Shown: positions 1 to 12,815, numbered from the whole stretch's first letter. The stretch: 63,740 nucleotides of DNA, filler included, from Octopus bimaculoides (GCF_001194135.2; 8 parts of 5 records of this genome joined end to end with filler, not necessarily neighbours in it), one strand, 5' to 3'. Numbers and translations: made by a program. Notes: a model not told the origin generated them from the letters alone.

Positions 1-2008
1 ATATATATACCAACTTTCTCACCCATACATATATATATATATATATATATACATTCTTTTTCTCCTTTGACTCAAGCCATGATATCTTGCCTGTTTTGAT
101 GAGGATGTTCTATTAGTACGATGCTGATATTCATATATGTAGTCAATAACAGGTGTGTACGTTAGTAGGTATGCTTTCTGTGTATGCACGCAAGTATGCA
201 TGTATGTATGTATGTATGTATGTATATAAATATGTATGCGTGTGTATGCATGTACGTATGCATGCATGTATTTATGGATATATGTGTGTGTGTATACATG
301 TATATATACGTGTATGTATGTATATATGCATGCATGCATGCGTATGCACGTGTGCGTGCGCGCACATGTGTGTAAACTACGAGAATGGAGTGAGTATGTC
401 TTTTAATTACATTAATTTACAATTGTTTCATCTGAATTCGATCTCTTGAATATAGTACATTATGCGATAATATATACATTCATAAAACAATCAATCACCG
501 AATGTCTATCTGACAGTTTGACCCCATGTATGAGATTAATAGTGTAAACTCCATGGGTAACACCCGAATGGAATTACTACGTATGTACATTCGTATGAAT
601 ATATATATGCATTCACAGATTAGTTATTTCAAAGTTTCCCTTATTGCCGTTTGAAAAACATTCATATATAATTTGGTTTATATATGTGTTTCGTCCTCTG
701 TTCTAACAGTCAACATATCGTTCTGTTTATTCCAACTGTGAAACCAATCCTATTACAACCAGCACCTCTCTTTGTTTGGTAATTAGTTCCGTTTCGGCTG
801 CTTTTCCAGTCACATTTTTCATTTGGCAGGACGTTGTTTTGGCTCCAGTTCTGAAGGTCATCATAGTTTTCTGTTTTTCATTTTTCTCTCTTTTTTTAAT
901 GTATATTATTATTATTATTTTTTTTCAAAAAAAAAAAAATGTTGTCTTTTAATTTTAGAGGTTGAGGGTGATTTGACATTTTGTCTGTCACCACTGTCAA
1001 AGTACAAAAAGAGAAAATTATAATAACATACAAATAAAACAAATTATAAAGGATAAAAACTAAACCTTGATTCATTTTGCCTACAGTTTAATCTAACAAG
1101 CCTCACGCACTTCCAGCAGCCAGACAGGCAGACGGGCAATCAATCCGTTACTGAGAGAGTGGATGAGTTAGTCATTTCTAAATCTCCCAAATCACGTCAC
1201 TTATCTCACACCCTTTCATCACGTGATTAAAACTTCGCTACAATGAAAATGACATCATTGAAATTTCTCACGATTTATTTGTATATGTACATGGGTGTTC
1301 GTGGGCATATACATACATACATACATACATACAGACAGACAGACAGACAGCTACATACACACACACATATATACATATGTATACATGCATATATATATAT
1401 ATATATTCATACACACACACACGATATCCTACTTCGAAGTAGTGTGAAATTTGAAGAACAGTTTTTACGAAGCTGCTCATCTATGTGCGTGTGTGTGTGT
1501 GTATGTGTGTATGTGTGTGTGTGCATGCGTGTATACATACATATATATGCATATATGTACATCGACACGTATATACATACACACAAGCACTTGCATAAAT
1601 ACATGCAAGTTTATATATTTCTGTCTGTCTGTCTCTGTCCCTGTCTCTCTCTCTCTCTCTCTCACAGACGCATACGCGCACACATGCATACATGTACATC
1701 TATGTATGTAAACTTCATATCTTACCAATCAAAAAATATCAGTACTCAATAAGTACAGTGGAGGGCAATATTCATTAAATAACCATAGTTATGGTCAGTG
1801 TAAACTTCCGTAACTTTACGATACATTCATACGTAGAGTAGCGGGGTCGTGGTGACATGAATGACATTCCTACTTTTTATATAACAAAACATTTCCATCT
1901 AAATGCGCGCCACAAATTACAGACCTCAGTCTATTTAGACATTGTTACTAACATTAAATTGCATAAGTACACGTTCCGATGCTAATTAAAATCTGACATT
2001 AAGAATAT

Positions 2009-2424
2009 TACTCTTTTACTCTTTTATTTGTTTCAGTCATTTGACTGCGGCCATGCTGAAGCACCGCCTTTAGTCGAGCAAATCGACCCCGGGACTTATT
2101 CTTTGTAAGCCTAGTACTTATTCTATCGGTCGCTTTTGCCGAACCGCTAAGTTACGGGGACATAAACACACCAGCATCGGTTGTCAAGCAATGCTAGGGG
2201 GACAAACACAGACACACAAACACACACACATATACATATATAGATATATATACACATATACGACGGGCTTCTTTCAGTTTCCGTCTACCAAATCCACTCA
2301 CAAGGCTTTGGTCGGCCCGAGGCTATAGTAGAAGACACTTGCCCAAGGTGCCACGCAGTGGGACTGAACCCGGAACCATGTGGTTGGTAGGCAAGCTACT
2401 TACCACACAGCCACTCCTGCGCCT
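2009..2424 (-). mobile_element. Full-length tRNA-derived SINE, family A (CORE-like central motif, internal CA/TA microsatellite)
   Basis: The minus strand begins AGGCGCAGGAGTGGCTGTGTGGTAAG (A box) ... GGTTCAGTCC (B box), then GCACCTTGGGCAAGTGTCTT (CORE-like), and ends in a TAAAAGAG-type tail. More than 10 homologous copies are visible in the window. Confidence 0.9.
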
Positions 2425-2810
2425 ATGTTGATAAATAAATAAATAAATAAAGCGTTGATCTTCTCAGAGTAGAAAAATATATCTACAACCAGTTTTTATC
2501 AAATAGCATAATCTCAAATTATATAACAAACTAACTCACATATTCACGACAATAAATATAAGGTTAACATTCTTGCATTCCAGCTTAAACTTGACAATTT
2601 CAAGGCAGTGCTCCAGCATGGCCACAGTCAAATGACTGAAACAAGTAAAAGAATAAACGCAGAGCATATATAGAATAATTAAGCATGACGACATAGATCA
2701 GATTAATTAGCAAAAATACAAAGAAATCTTAATAATGAATCTTAATGCTGATTATAGAATTTAGAAATACCTACCATTAGAACAAAAGTACTTTCGTGAT
2801 TAACTAGTTT

Positions 2811-3335
2811 AATAATGGTTTCAGATTTTGGTACAAGGCCAACAATTTTGAGGAGTGGGGTGGGAATGTCGATGTCATCGACCTCAGTGCTCAACTGGTA
2901 CTTATTTTATCGACCTCGAAAGGATGAAAGGTAAAGTCGACCGCGGCGGAATTTGAACTCCGAACGTAAAGACGGACGAAATACAATTGGGTTGGTGCAT
3001 AATTATTGCGGCTTTTTTTCAACAAATTTTATTCAACAAAAAGCAATAACAACATTTAACAAAAACATCTTTAAATGACGGTCTGAACGTCTGCCAAGCA
3101 AATGGGAAGCAGTAATTGAAGTAGATGGTGAATATGCTCCAGAATAATCATTTAAAGATGATTTTGCTAGATGTTATTGTTTTTGTTGAATAAAATTTGT
3201 TGTAAAAAAAGCCGCATTAATTATGCACCAACCCAATACTATGCATTTTGCCTGATGTTCTAACGATTCTGTCAGTACGGACAAAATGCCGCTAAGCATT
3301 TTGCCCGGCATGCTAACAGTTCTGCCAGCTCACCG

Positions 3336-3338
<3 letters not shown>
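2811..3338 (-). mobile_element. tRNA-derived SINE, family B, interrupted by a mariner MITE; (AAT)n microsatellite at its head end
   Basis: Shares TTTCATCCTTTCGAGGTCGATAAAATAAGTACCAG and CTTGTACCAAAATCTGAAACC with copies at 48976, 41750, 43855, 59400 and 63490. Confidence 0.85.
2987..3236 (+). mobile_element. Mariner-derived MITE, about 250 bp
   Basis: Long TIRs TTGGGTTGGTGCATAATTATTGCGGCTTTTTT / AAAAAAAGCCGCATTAATTATGCACCAACCCAA followed by TA. The centre encodes the transposase C-terminus RLPSKWEAVIEVDGEYAPE*. A second copy lies at 19843-20096. Confidence 0.9.
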
Positions 3339-3397
<59 letters not shown>

Positions 3398-3672
3398 GGA
3401 TCTCTTCAGTTTGGCTTACAGATTAAAAATTTTTTTTGTTAACTAAACAGTTTGAATCTTCGTATACTGGTCTAATTTCTCACGTTGAACACGGTTTACT
3501 TTCAACATTTTCGACAAAATTTCGTATGTTAGAAGATATTTCGCGTTAAAGTTGTCGTATTTGAAAGTAAACCGTGTTCAGCGTGAAAAATTACACCAGT
3601 ATACCAAGTTTCAAACTGTTTAGTCCAAAAAAAAAAAAAAAATTTAATCTGTGAGCCAAACTGAAGAGATCC
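3398..3672. mobile_element. Foldback MITE with ~110-bp TIRs and TA target duplication, inserted in an (AAT)n tract
   Basis: TA-GGATCTCTTCAGTTTGGCTTACAGATTAAA... matched by ...TTTAATCTGTGAGCCAAACTGAAGAGATCC-TA. The arms match through CACGTTGAACACGGTTTACTTTCAA / TTGAAAGTAAACCGTGTTCAGCGTG. Confidence 0.9.
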
Positions 3673-4192
3673 TAATAATAATTTATTTCATTTCTTTAAT
3701 GCACTCTCGAATTTGCTTCATTACTTAACAAAAACAAGGTATCGATCACCTCGTGTATTTCTTTCCACAGTTGAGGTCCTTTAATGTGTAGCAATTCAAA
3801 CACTTATCATGGAGAAACAGAATAATAACACCGATAGTTTGTTTTCTTTGTAAATGTTACGTTAAAATTTCGTCTTTTCATGTTATCACATATATTTAAT
3901 CAGCCAGGAAGAATGTTTAATGTCATGCCCTGGTATTTATGCTCACACCTAATTCCTCCACGTTCACACACGATTTAGTATTGTTACCGCAACTTTTTGA
4001 TGGTTCCGATTTAAAGGAAAACGTATTGCAATAATATCTATAGGCTTAGCTCGTGTTGTTATGACTCGAAGCTAAGTCATAGTACTAAACATAAAAGTAC
4101 TAAAACGGGGAAGAACACATGATGTCATGGTATGATATTTACACTCGATTACCGCAACCCGCAGACGATTGCTATATATAGAAAAAACTTAC

Positions 4193-4255
4193 CGTGAAAA
4201 ATAACAATAAAATTTACTGGTGTCATTGACTTGAAACAATGTCCTGATCTCAGAA
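4193..4255 (-). CDS. Possible 63-nt symmetric exon (SEIRTLFQVNDTSKFYCYFSR or LRSGHCFKSMTPVNFIVIFH), unidentified
   Basis: Minus-strand acceptor TTTAATTACATTTAG, donor GTAAGT, length a multiple of 3, two open frames. No recognisable homology. Confidence 0.2.
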
Positions 4256-4719
4256 CTAAATGTAATTAAACCTGTGATTAACCACACACATATCTGACAT
4301 TCGGAAACTGAAACGACTCATAACAGGGTCGGTTGAGTGGAATAAGGTTGTTGAAAAAGTGTCCTAAAGGATGGAATTAGTTCTTAGACTCAATGTTAGC
4401 TTTCCTTTCATATAATATAGATAGATAATCAGTGTATATACCCTCTTTATCTCATATATATATATATATATATCTTTTATTCTTTTACTTGTTTCATTCA
4501 TTTGACTCTGGCCATGCTGGAGCACCTCCTTTACTCGAACAAACGTATATATATAGGGGTGTGTGTGTGTGTATGTGTATACATACACAAAATGTACGCA
4601 CTAGGTTATTTACACACACACACAAGCCCACATAATTTTAAACTCGCCCACACATACATTCAGACGCACTTGCCCCCATTCACAGATACACACCCACACA
4701 CATCATTTTCACATACACA

Positions 4720-4935
4720 CATTTCCTTGTGTACCCTAGTTCGGCTGAATCACCGTTATTATCTCCGTTTGACTTAACCGCTTTTTGGGGGCCATTTCAT
4801 CATGCTAAACTGCTATTCCTACGCATTTTTTTCTCTCCGTTATCTTTCGTTCCCACACCGCTTGTCTCTCTCTCAATCCGTTCTTTCGAAGAGCGTAGGC
4901 TCGAACCGTCAAAGACTTATCCATTCTTCCATGGC
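4720..4935 (+). mobile_element. Penelope-like (Neptune-type) element 3' end / pseudo-LTR with a degenerate hammerhead-like motif
   Basis: ISLCTLVRLNHR resembles the IFxLGTLxPxGLNxRF C-terminus of PLE GIY-YIG ORFs. It is followed by TCTTT-CGAAGA-GCGTAGGCTC-GAAC-CGT-C-AAAGA (4882-4915). Confidence 0.55.
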
Positions 4936-5020
4936 CAGCTGGAAACCGTGTTTCTTGGGGCTAAATAGCAGTAGCATTTTCCCCTTTCCTGGGACTGCCA
5001 CATTAAATTTGCAACAAACC

Positions 5021-5091
<71 letters not shown>

Positions 5092-6065
5092 ATCATGGAC
5101 GGACGGTAGACACATTGGCTCCCATGTAAGTTGCATTTTTCACCTCTTAAAAGACCTATTTTGTTTTAAAATTTTGTATAAGTTGTGTATAACACAAAAT
5201 ACTTCGTGANNNNNNNNNNNNNNNNNNNNNNNNNNNNNNNNNNNNNNNNNNNNTTAATTAATTAANNNNNNNNNNNNNNNNNNNNNNNNNNNNNNNNNNN
5301 NNNNNNNNNATATATATATATATATAATTTGTGTGTATATATGTATATATGTGTATACACACACACAGAGAAAATAATAATACATATGTGTATTTCCATA
5401 CATATTTGATTTTAAATATGTGTGTGGATATGTAATTACATGCATGTGCAGATGTATGGTTGCATGTGTGTGTTTGCATACGTGAATATGTGTTGGTATG
5501 TATTGATGTGTTTGTATATGCTTGTGTGTGCATGTGCAGCCAAGTGATCATGTATTGAACCTACAGCTTATGCATTTAGCTATATATAGATTATAATATA
5601 AGTGCTTGCATTATATCCACCTTAAGTATATGGTCATATAACTTAAGATTACATGCTTTTCTTTTCTTAGAAATATGTTTCAGATCATTTGGGAATATGC
5701 CTTCCACAATCTTGCATTTAATATATGATTTATCTTTTAGTCATGTAACCTTACTAAAGCTGTGATTTAGCTATGAGCCCTTTTAGGGAATTGTGGTAGG
5801 AAGAGAGATATTTTCCTTAGTCTGGAGACCTGCTCTAAATGCTTGGAAGAGATTGCACTCTGCTGTAAACACCAAAATGCTTGGTAGTGGTAGGTTTAGG
5901 CAAAAAAGTGTATACCTTTGAGAAGATATGTATGTTATTATGCCCAACATATATTGAAATATATGCACACAGACAGACAGACACACACACATTAAATGCA
6001 CATTCAAATACATGTACATATGTATGTATGTGCATCTGTGAGTGTATATATACATGTGTATGTGT

Positions 6066-6113
<48 letters not shown>

Positions 6114-7051
6114 TTAAAAATTTCGCTCTAGAACCACATATTTAGGGATATGGTCCCACTGCATAGATGTTGTTGTCTGATGTTCTATATTACTACTGCT
6201 GACTGTCTAATGAATTTGGAAGACAGAAACTGAAAGAAGCCCATTGTACACATACACACACACATATATTATATATATGCATTGTGTATGTGTACTTACC
6301 ATTTATAGAAATAGTGTCAGTTGTTTGCTGTCTTCTGTGAAAACATGTTCAGACTATGCATTGCTTGCTAGAATGAGGATCATTATTTTGGTTTGAAACG
6401 GTTGAGTGTTAGCTTCTAAATGTAATCTAATGGCATCTGGTTAACAAAAATTCTATCTCAACATAGTTGCATCTAACCCATGCAAGCATGGAAAAGGAGA
6501 CATAAAAGTTACTATCACGATGTTATATGTTTTGGCATTTTACTGAGGCATAATGATACTATTAACCCGGTGGTGGAATTCGATATACATATGCTTCAGA
6601 AAAAAGTTTTAGCTGAGTACAGAGCATAATAAAAGATTAAATAAATGAAAAGGGAATACAAGGGAATAAAAATATATGTAATAAACCTCATTAGTTTACA
6701 GCTGTTTCTGCTAAATGATGTAATGTACTCATAGTGCAGTGCTTGTGTATCACCCTATAGCTTTGTGGAAGCATCAAGTGCAATTTTATTTAGGAAGGCG
6801 TTTGTGTATATGGAAAACACTATCAGCAAAAAATGTAAAAATATGCAGGAAATAAAGTATAAAGATTTAGGGGAAAAGCCCCACCCAAGAAAAAGTAGAT
6901 TCAAATAAAAATTATACTTATGTGTTTACAGAGATTTGCATGAATGCCTATGTAGGCAACTATTTATGTGCAAATATAAAATATAGACAGAATATGCATG
7001 TTAGAAATGGAGATAGATAGAAAGTGACAGAATCCAAAATCGAGAGAGAGG

Positions 7052-7104
<53 letters not shown>

Positions 7105-7439
7105 ACCTGAAGATCAAAGAAATGTGAAACCTTAAGTTGCAAATTTCATTAGTTTCATTAAAAAAAAATTACACTTATATATATGTGTGAGTAGAGAGAG
7201 AGAGAGAGAGAAGAAGAAGAAGAGAGTGGGGAGAGAGGGAGAGGGAAAGAGAAAGAGAGATAGACAGCTATATAGACACACACACATGCACTCACATACA
7301 CACACATGCACATGCACATACATGCACACACACACATGCACACACACAAAAAGAGACAGAAACAGAGACAGACAGATTGACAGAAAGAATAGGAGAGATT
7401 TCTTGAAATGAAATATAAGATCATTAGTTCTTAAAAATA

Positions 7440-8030
7440 CAAATATTTTATGGTGAATTGATCCCTAGAAACTAGAAAATTAGTCAAGGAAGCTGTATTT
7501 GCCCCAAAGTATAATGGAAAACTCAATGCACTAATAATGGTCGTAGGCAATAAACTAACAATAATCAGCATGGCCAAAATTATTTCCTGATTACTCATAG
7601 AAAACTGATAACAACAGCTAGAACAAATTTGAGATAAATACAAAATCAGGGGACTTTGCATGGTCCTCCGGCAATCTAGAAGTAGCAGCTAAATCTCAGT
7701 CAAATCACATTTGATATTTTGATAAAAGATACACAACCTCTGAAAAACAAGCAAGATTGGAGTTTCACAACTGTAATGCATTTTGGTCTTTAGTTGATTT
7801 GATGAACAAAAAAACATATCAGAAACAGATAACATCATTCTCATGATTTTTGGACAGAATAAACTAGAATAAAACAGCATACACTAAGGCCATTGAAATC
7901 ACTTCTACCAGAAACTAAGACTGGAACAGTCTTGAACCTTTCATGGATGTCACATTCTACTGTTGCAAATATTATACAAAGGAGCAAATGAGAAAAACAA
8001 GAGGCCACTTTTAAAGCATGGTGTATTGAT
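7440..8030 (+). pseudogene. Heavily decayed LINE ORF fragment, possibly an apurinic endonuclease region (CR1/L2-like)
   Basis: Coding-like composition with a GDF motif (GGG GAC TTT, ~7649) and many stops and frameshifts. Confidence 0.3.
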
Positions 8031-8501
8031 CTGCTTCAAATAAGATATACACAAGTGTATGTATTTATGCATGCTATGTGTGTTTATTAGTGTGTGTGAG
8101 GGGGGGGGACCCATGCCAGGATAGAAAATAGATGTTGAATGATGATGATGATGATCATGATGTTGATGGTGATATGTATACAATATGTATGCATACTTGC
8201 ATAAATACATGCATGCACATGTGTTAGTATGTGCACCTGCATGTGTGTGTGTGTGTGTGTGAGAGTGCATACAGATGCAGATATAGTTGTGTGGTGAAGC
8301 AGTTTGCTTCATACATAGCTTTAGGTATAATCCCACTTTATAACACGTCAAGGAACTGATTCCTACTACAATCTTAAGGCTAATGAATAAATTGTTTGTG
8401 GAATACAGTGGAGCAAAATTGTGCAAAAGCTGTTCCACCATATATATATATACATATACACACACATATGTATATATGTATGTATGAATGTATACAAATA
8501 C

Positions 8502-8537
<36 letters not shown>

Positions 8538-8548
8538 TTATCTATCTA

Positions 8549-8604
<56 letters not shown>

Positions 8605-9772
8605 GCTATCTATATATANNNNNNNNNNNNNNNNNNNNNNNNNNNNNNNNNNNNNNNNNNNNNNNNNNNNNNNNNNNNNNNNNNNNNNNNNNNNNNNNNN
8701 NNNNNNNNNNNNNNNNNNNNNNNNNNNNNNNNNNNNNNNNNNNNNNNNNNNNNNNNNNNNNNNNNNNNNNNNNNNNNNNNNNNNNNNNNNNNNNNNNNNN
8801 NNNNNNNNNNNNNNNNNNNNNNNNNNNNNNNNNNNNNNNNNNNNNNNNNNNNNNNNNNNNNNNNNNNNNNNNNNNNNNNNNNNTATATATTTTTACTCAT
8901 ATATGCGTTTAAACACATATGCAGGCAATACATACATACACATACACATTTCTCACATAGAAGACCCATTCAGAAGTGGAGTGAAATGCTATACTTTTTC
9001 CTAGACACAGAAAGTGTTTATTAACAGAAGTGTCAAATCATATTTTAAAGGTGACAGCTTGAGAAAAAAAAATGTTATAAAAAATAAATGCAACTATTCT
9101 AGGTGTTGAAGCAAATAAATATCATTTAGCATTTTTAGAATGAATACGTTGCTCTTTTGGCCATCACAGTAACAAATTATGGTAAAATACTTTGAACACT
9201 TCTCACACTAGATCAGACAAATTGAGCAACCAACTGTAAAGTTTTATGCTAAAAATGTCAATGCATGAATGCTGCAAAGGTGAACTTTATACGTGCCTTG
9301 AAAATAAAAGTAGAAAAGACATAAGGTAAAATGAGTAATTTTTGTCAGTATATAAGTTATATATATATCAGCATATATATAATTATACACATATGCACAT
9401 ATACTTATACATATAAATATATGTATGTATGTAATATACACACATACACATATATAGATATAGATATATACATATTCACATACACACATATTGATATGTA
9501 TTACAATACATAAACACATATACATATATATCTTTCACCTTCCACTTTTTCAGTCATTTGACTATGGACATGCTGGTGCTTCACCCTGGAGGGTTTAGTT
9601 GAGCAAATCGACCCCAGTACTCTTGCTTTTCAATCAGTTTCTTTTTTCATATTGCTAAATTACAGGGACATAATCAGAGGAAAACCAGTCATGAAGCAGT
9701 GATGGGGGACAAACATACACACACACAAAGCGCATGTTGATGACACATAACAGACACCCAGTACATTCTGTA

Positions 9773-9922
9773 AAGTGGTTGACATTAGGAAGGGCATCCA
9801 GGCATAGCAACCAAGCCATAAGAGAAAACTGGATCCTGGTGCAGCTCCCTGCTTACCAGCTGCAGTCAAACCATCTAACCCATGCCAGCATGGAAAATGG
9901 ATGTTAAATGATGATGATGATA
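9773..9922 (+). mobile_element. RTE-type LINE/SINE 3' tail ending in (GAT)n
   Basis: GTGGTTGACATTAGGAAGGGCATCCAG...CCATGCCAGCATGGAAAATGGATGTTAAATGATGATG. The same tail follows the RTE coding fragment at 42752-43853. Confidence 0.85.
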
Positions 9923-10052
9923 TACATACATATATATGTATGTGGCTGACTTGCTTTTGAAAGTTGGTCCTCGCAGAGGGAAAGTAGCTGAGTTCCTTTT
10001 GAGTGTTGGGCCTCAAGGAGGCAATGACCAAGACTGTTGGCATTATATCATG

Positions 10053-10088
<36 letters not shown>

Positions 10089-10246
10089 AGAGTACGCACA
10101 TAAATATGAAGCAAAGTTGGAAAAAATTGTACTCACATTATCATTAAAGCTGTAAAAACATCAGAAAAATATCACAAAAAAAAATAGCTAGATAAGCAGT
10201 TTTTTTGTGAATTTTAATGTTTTTCCAGCTTTAATAAGAAAGTATA

Positions 10247-10960
10247 TATCATCATCATCATCATTTAACAGCCACTGTCCATGCTGGCATGGGTTGGATG
10301 GTTTGACCAGGGCTGGCAAGCTGGAAGGGTGATTTGGCATGGTTTTTACAGAGGTAGAACCAGGAAGACATGGGATGAAGTGGTAAAGCATGATCTTTGA
10401 ACTTTCAGCTTCACAGAGTGAATGACTGGTGACTGAAACCTTTGGCAATATGCTGTGCTTAAGAAGACCTGTCAAGCTAAGTGAAATCGTAGGCATGGCT
10501 GATGTCATGTAACTGGTACCCATGCTGGTGGCACATAAAGACCACTGGTTGAGCATTGGGCCTCCTGGAGGCAAAGTGGCTGAGTTGCTTTTGAGAGTTG
10601 AGCCTCACAGAGGTAAAATGGCTGAGTTCCCTTTGAGTATTGGGCCTCAAGGAGGCAATGACCAGGATCTTTGGCATTATATCATGCTTATGTTTGAGAA
10701 GAAGACCCATCAAGTCAAGCAAAATCGCAGATATCAGTGTCACACAAATGGCACCTGTGCCAGTGACATGTAAAAGCACCCATTACACTCTTGAAGTGGT
10801 TGGCATTAGAAAGGGCATCCAGCTATACAAAACCATGCCAAATCAGACTGGAGTCTGGTACAGCCTTCCAGTTTACCAGCCCTGGTCAAACCATGCAACC
10901 CATGCCAGCATGGACAATGGACGTTAAATGATGATGATGAAGATGATGATGATGATGATG
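10247..10960. mobile_element. Two RTE 3' ends in opposite orientation (tails pointing outward) flanking RTE 3'UTR repeats
   Basis: (CAT)n-TTTAACAGCCACTGTCCATGCTGGCATGGG at left; CCCATGCCAGCATGGACAATGGACGTTAAA-(TGA)n at right. Confidence 0.8.
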
Positions 10961-11175
10961 TATATCTCAATAGGTAAGTGCAATCCAGGGATTGAAGTGC
11001 AGGAGGTAAGTAAGCTTTTAAGCAAAAGGTTGCTACTATAGAGAACAAAAAGTGGACAGTATACAAAAGAATGAATATTTATAAAAATTGTAAATTATAT
11101 GTTATTTCCCTTCACAGAGTTAAGCCATATATGCCCATAAAAAAAAATGAAGTCTTAAAATTTCATTCTACTTAG

Positions 11176-11288
11176 ATTAAACATTATGTTAAGCTTTCAC
11201 AATCTGGAAGAGAAGTACAGCATGCAACTGTTAACTACAGGTGTCGACTACCTACTGAGCATTTCGTATACTCAGTCAGATGCTTCTG
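11176..11288 (+). CDS. Candidate internal exon of an unidentified gene or spliced lncRNA (LNIMLSFHNLEEKYSMQLLTTGVDYLLSISYTQSDAS)
   Basis: Acceptor TTTCATTCTACTTAG, donor GTGAGT, two frames open over 113 nt, phase-compatible with 13446-13614. Confidence 0.35.
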
Positions 11289-11469
11289 GTGAGTTCATGT
11301 CCAAACAAGTAGGAGCAGGTTTTGCTTTGCGAAAATGAAACCAGGGGTATATATGGGTAAAGAGGAATTTCAATGAGTTGATTGTTTCTATACAACTCAG
11401 CTCTTAGCAACTAACATTAAGAACGAAAATAAAAATCAAAAAATATAATGAGTGGTCTCGTTAGAGTAT

Positions 11470-11557
11470 TGGCTACAATTGTTTCATAACGAGCTAAAGT
11501 TCATTATGTAAGTCATAACGTAATGAAGACTCCTCAGCATAGTTAGTCTTCAAGCCA
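11470..11557 (-). ncRNA. Degenerate type I hammerhead ribozyme-like motif with long stem II
   Basis: Minus strand: TGGC-TTGAAGA-[long stem II with TAAC/GTTA and TTCATTA/TAATGAA helices]-GAAA-CAATTG-TA-GCCA. Stem III is palindromic (ACAATTGT). C3 is U and the 10.1/11.1 pair is mismatched. Confidence 0.5.
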
Positions 11558-11579
11558 TAGTTACCTCAATTTTTTTCCA

Positions 11580-11895
11580 TTATCACAGAGTCCTCTTTTG
11601 CCAAACCACTAAGTTACAGGAATATAACCAAAATGGTATTGGTTATCATGCAGTGCGTGGACAAACACAAAGACCAACCACACACACACACATGCACGCA
11701 CACACACACACACACACACACATGCACAGACTCATTTTGAACTTCTATTCAGTCTTTGTGTACCGAATTCAAAAAACATTGCTTGACACAAGGCTATAAT
11801 TGAAGACACTTGCTCAAGATGCTGCAGAGTGGGAATGAACCTGAAACTTCTGGTTGCAAAGCAATCTTCTTAATCACACAGGTATGCCTGCACCT
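11580..11895 (-). mobile_element. Diverged family A SINE
   Basis: Homologous to 2009-2424 (GCCAAACCACTAAGTTAC, GAAGACACTTGCTCAAG, GGGAATGAACCTG). Confidence 0.75.
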
Positions 11896-12763
11896 ATATG
11901 TTTTATTCAATAGGTAGATAGGTAAACAGACAAATAATAGCTAGATAGATAAGCAGATGAGAGATAGACAGGTGGGTAGATAAATAGATAGATAGATAGA
12001 TAGATAGATAGAGGGTGATGGAGGGAGGGGAGCGAGAGAGGGAGTGAGGGAGAGAAGGGGAGAGCTAGAGTGAGAGAGAGAGAAATAGCTAGGTAGATTG
12101 CTGATAAAGGTATATTCTCAAGACACTAATTTAAATACATCCTGCTACACATTTCATTGCATATAATGGAGAGAGTGCACAACATAGAAAATAGTGTTAA
12201 TATAAATGAATAAAATTCCAAAAGTATGCAAAATAAAAACAAGAAAATATATAATAGATGTAGAATATAGACTCAGAAATGAATATTGTAGCCAATTACA
12301 TGCATATTCTGTCTTGGACCCAGTGGATTAATTTTCTGATACATGAGTTAAATCGCATCTTGTTGGGAAGCACAAAGCAAATAGCGACAATTCGTGTACA
12401 TTCACGAACAAGAAACTAAGGTGGAATGGATTTTTCTCACCTATATAAACCAGCAGCTGAGGTGTAAAAATGGCTGACATGCGAAAATAAATATAATCTT
12501 CCACTAACTGGAGAAATTTAGAGCAGAATGAGGACAAGCTGGCATGAAGGATGTACTGTCATTGATAAGAACACAGGTTGTAACAAAAGAACATTGACAA
12601 ATCAATTAATCATTTAATTAATGGTTTGATTAATTATTTAATTAACTCATTAACTGATAACAAAACTGAAATGAAATACATACAGTGTGTGTGTTTCTAT
12701 TGACAGAATGGCCCTTTTAAAAGACATTAAATTATATTGCTATTTATCAATATAGACATGCAT

Positions 12764-12805
<42 letters not shown>

Positions 12806-12815
12806 NNNNNNNNNN

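Noticed and set aside
19-1752. His/Thr/Tyr/Ile- and Cys/Val-rich ORFs
   Set aside because: These are translations of (CA)n, (TA)n and (TACA)n repeats.
5254-5265. TTAATTAATTAA islands inside N runs (also 18788, 25903, 28982, 36069, 52023, 60114), resembling regularly spaced repeats
   Set aside because: Where I counted (5210-5309, 18744-18843) the pattern is 44 N + 12 bp + 44 N = 100, and the other islands look the same. The 12-mer is a palindrome with stops in all six frames, so this is an assembly spacer for unsized gaps, not biology.
7100-7145. CTGAAGA...GAAACCTTAAGTT hammerhead-like match (similar weak matches at 38340-38390 and 60450-60512 on -)
   Set aside because: There is no credible stem II or stem I, so chance or unrecognisable decay cannot be told apart.
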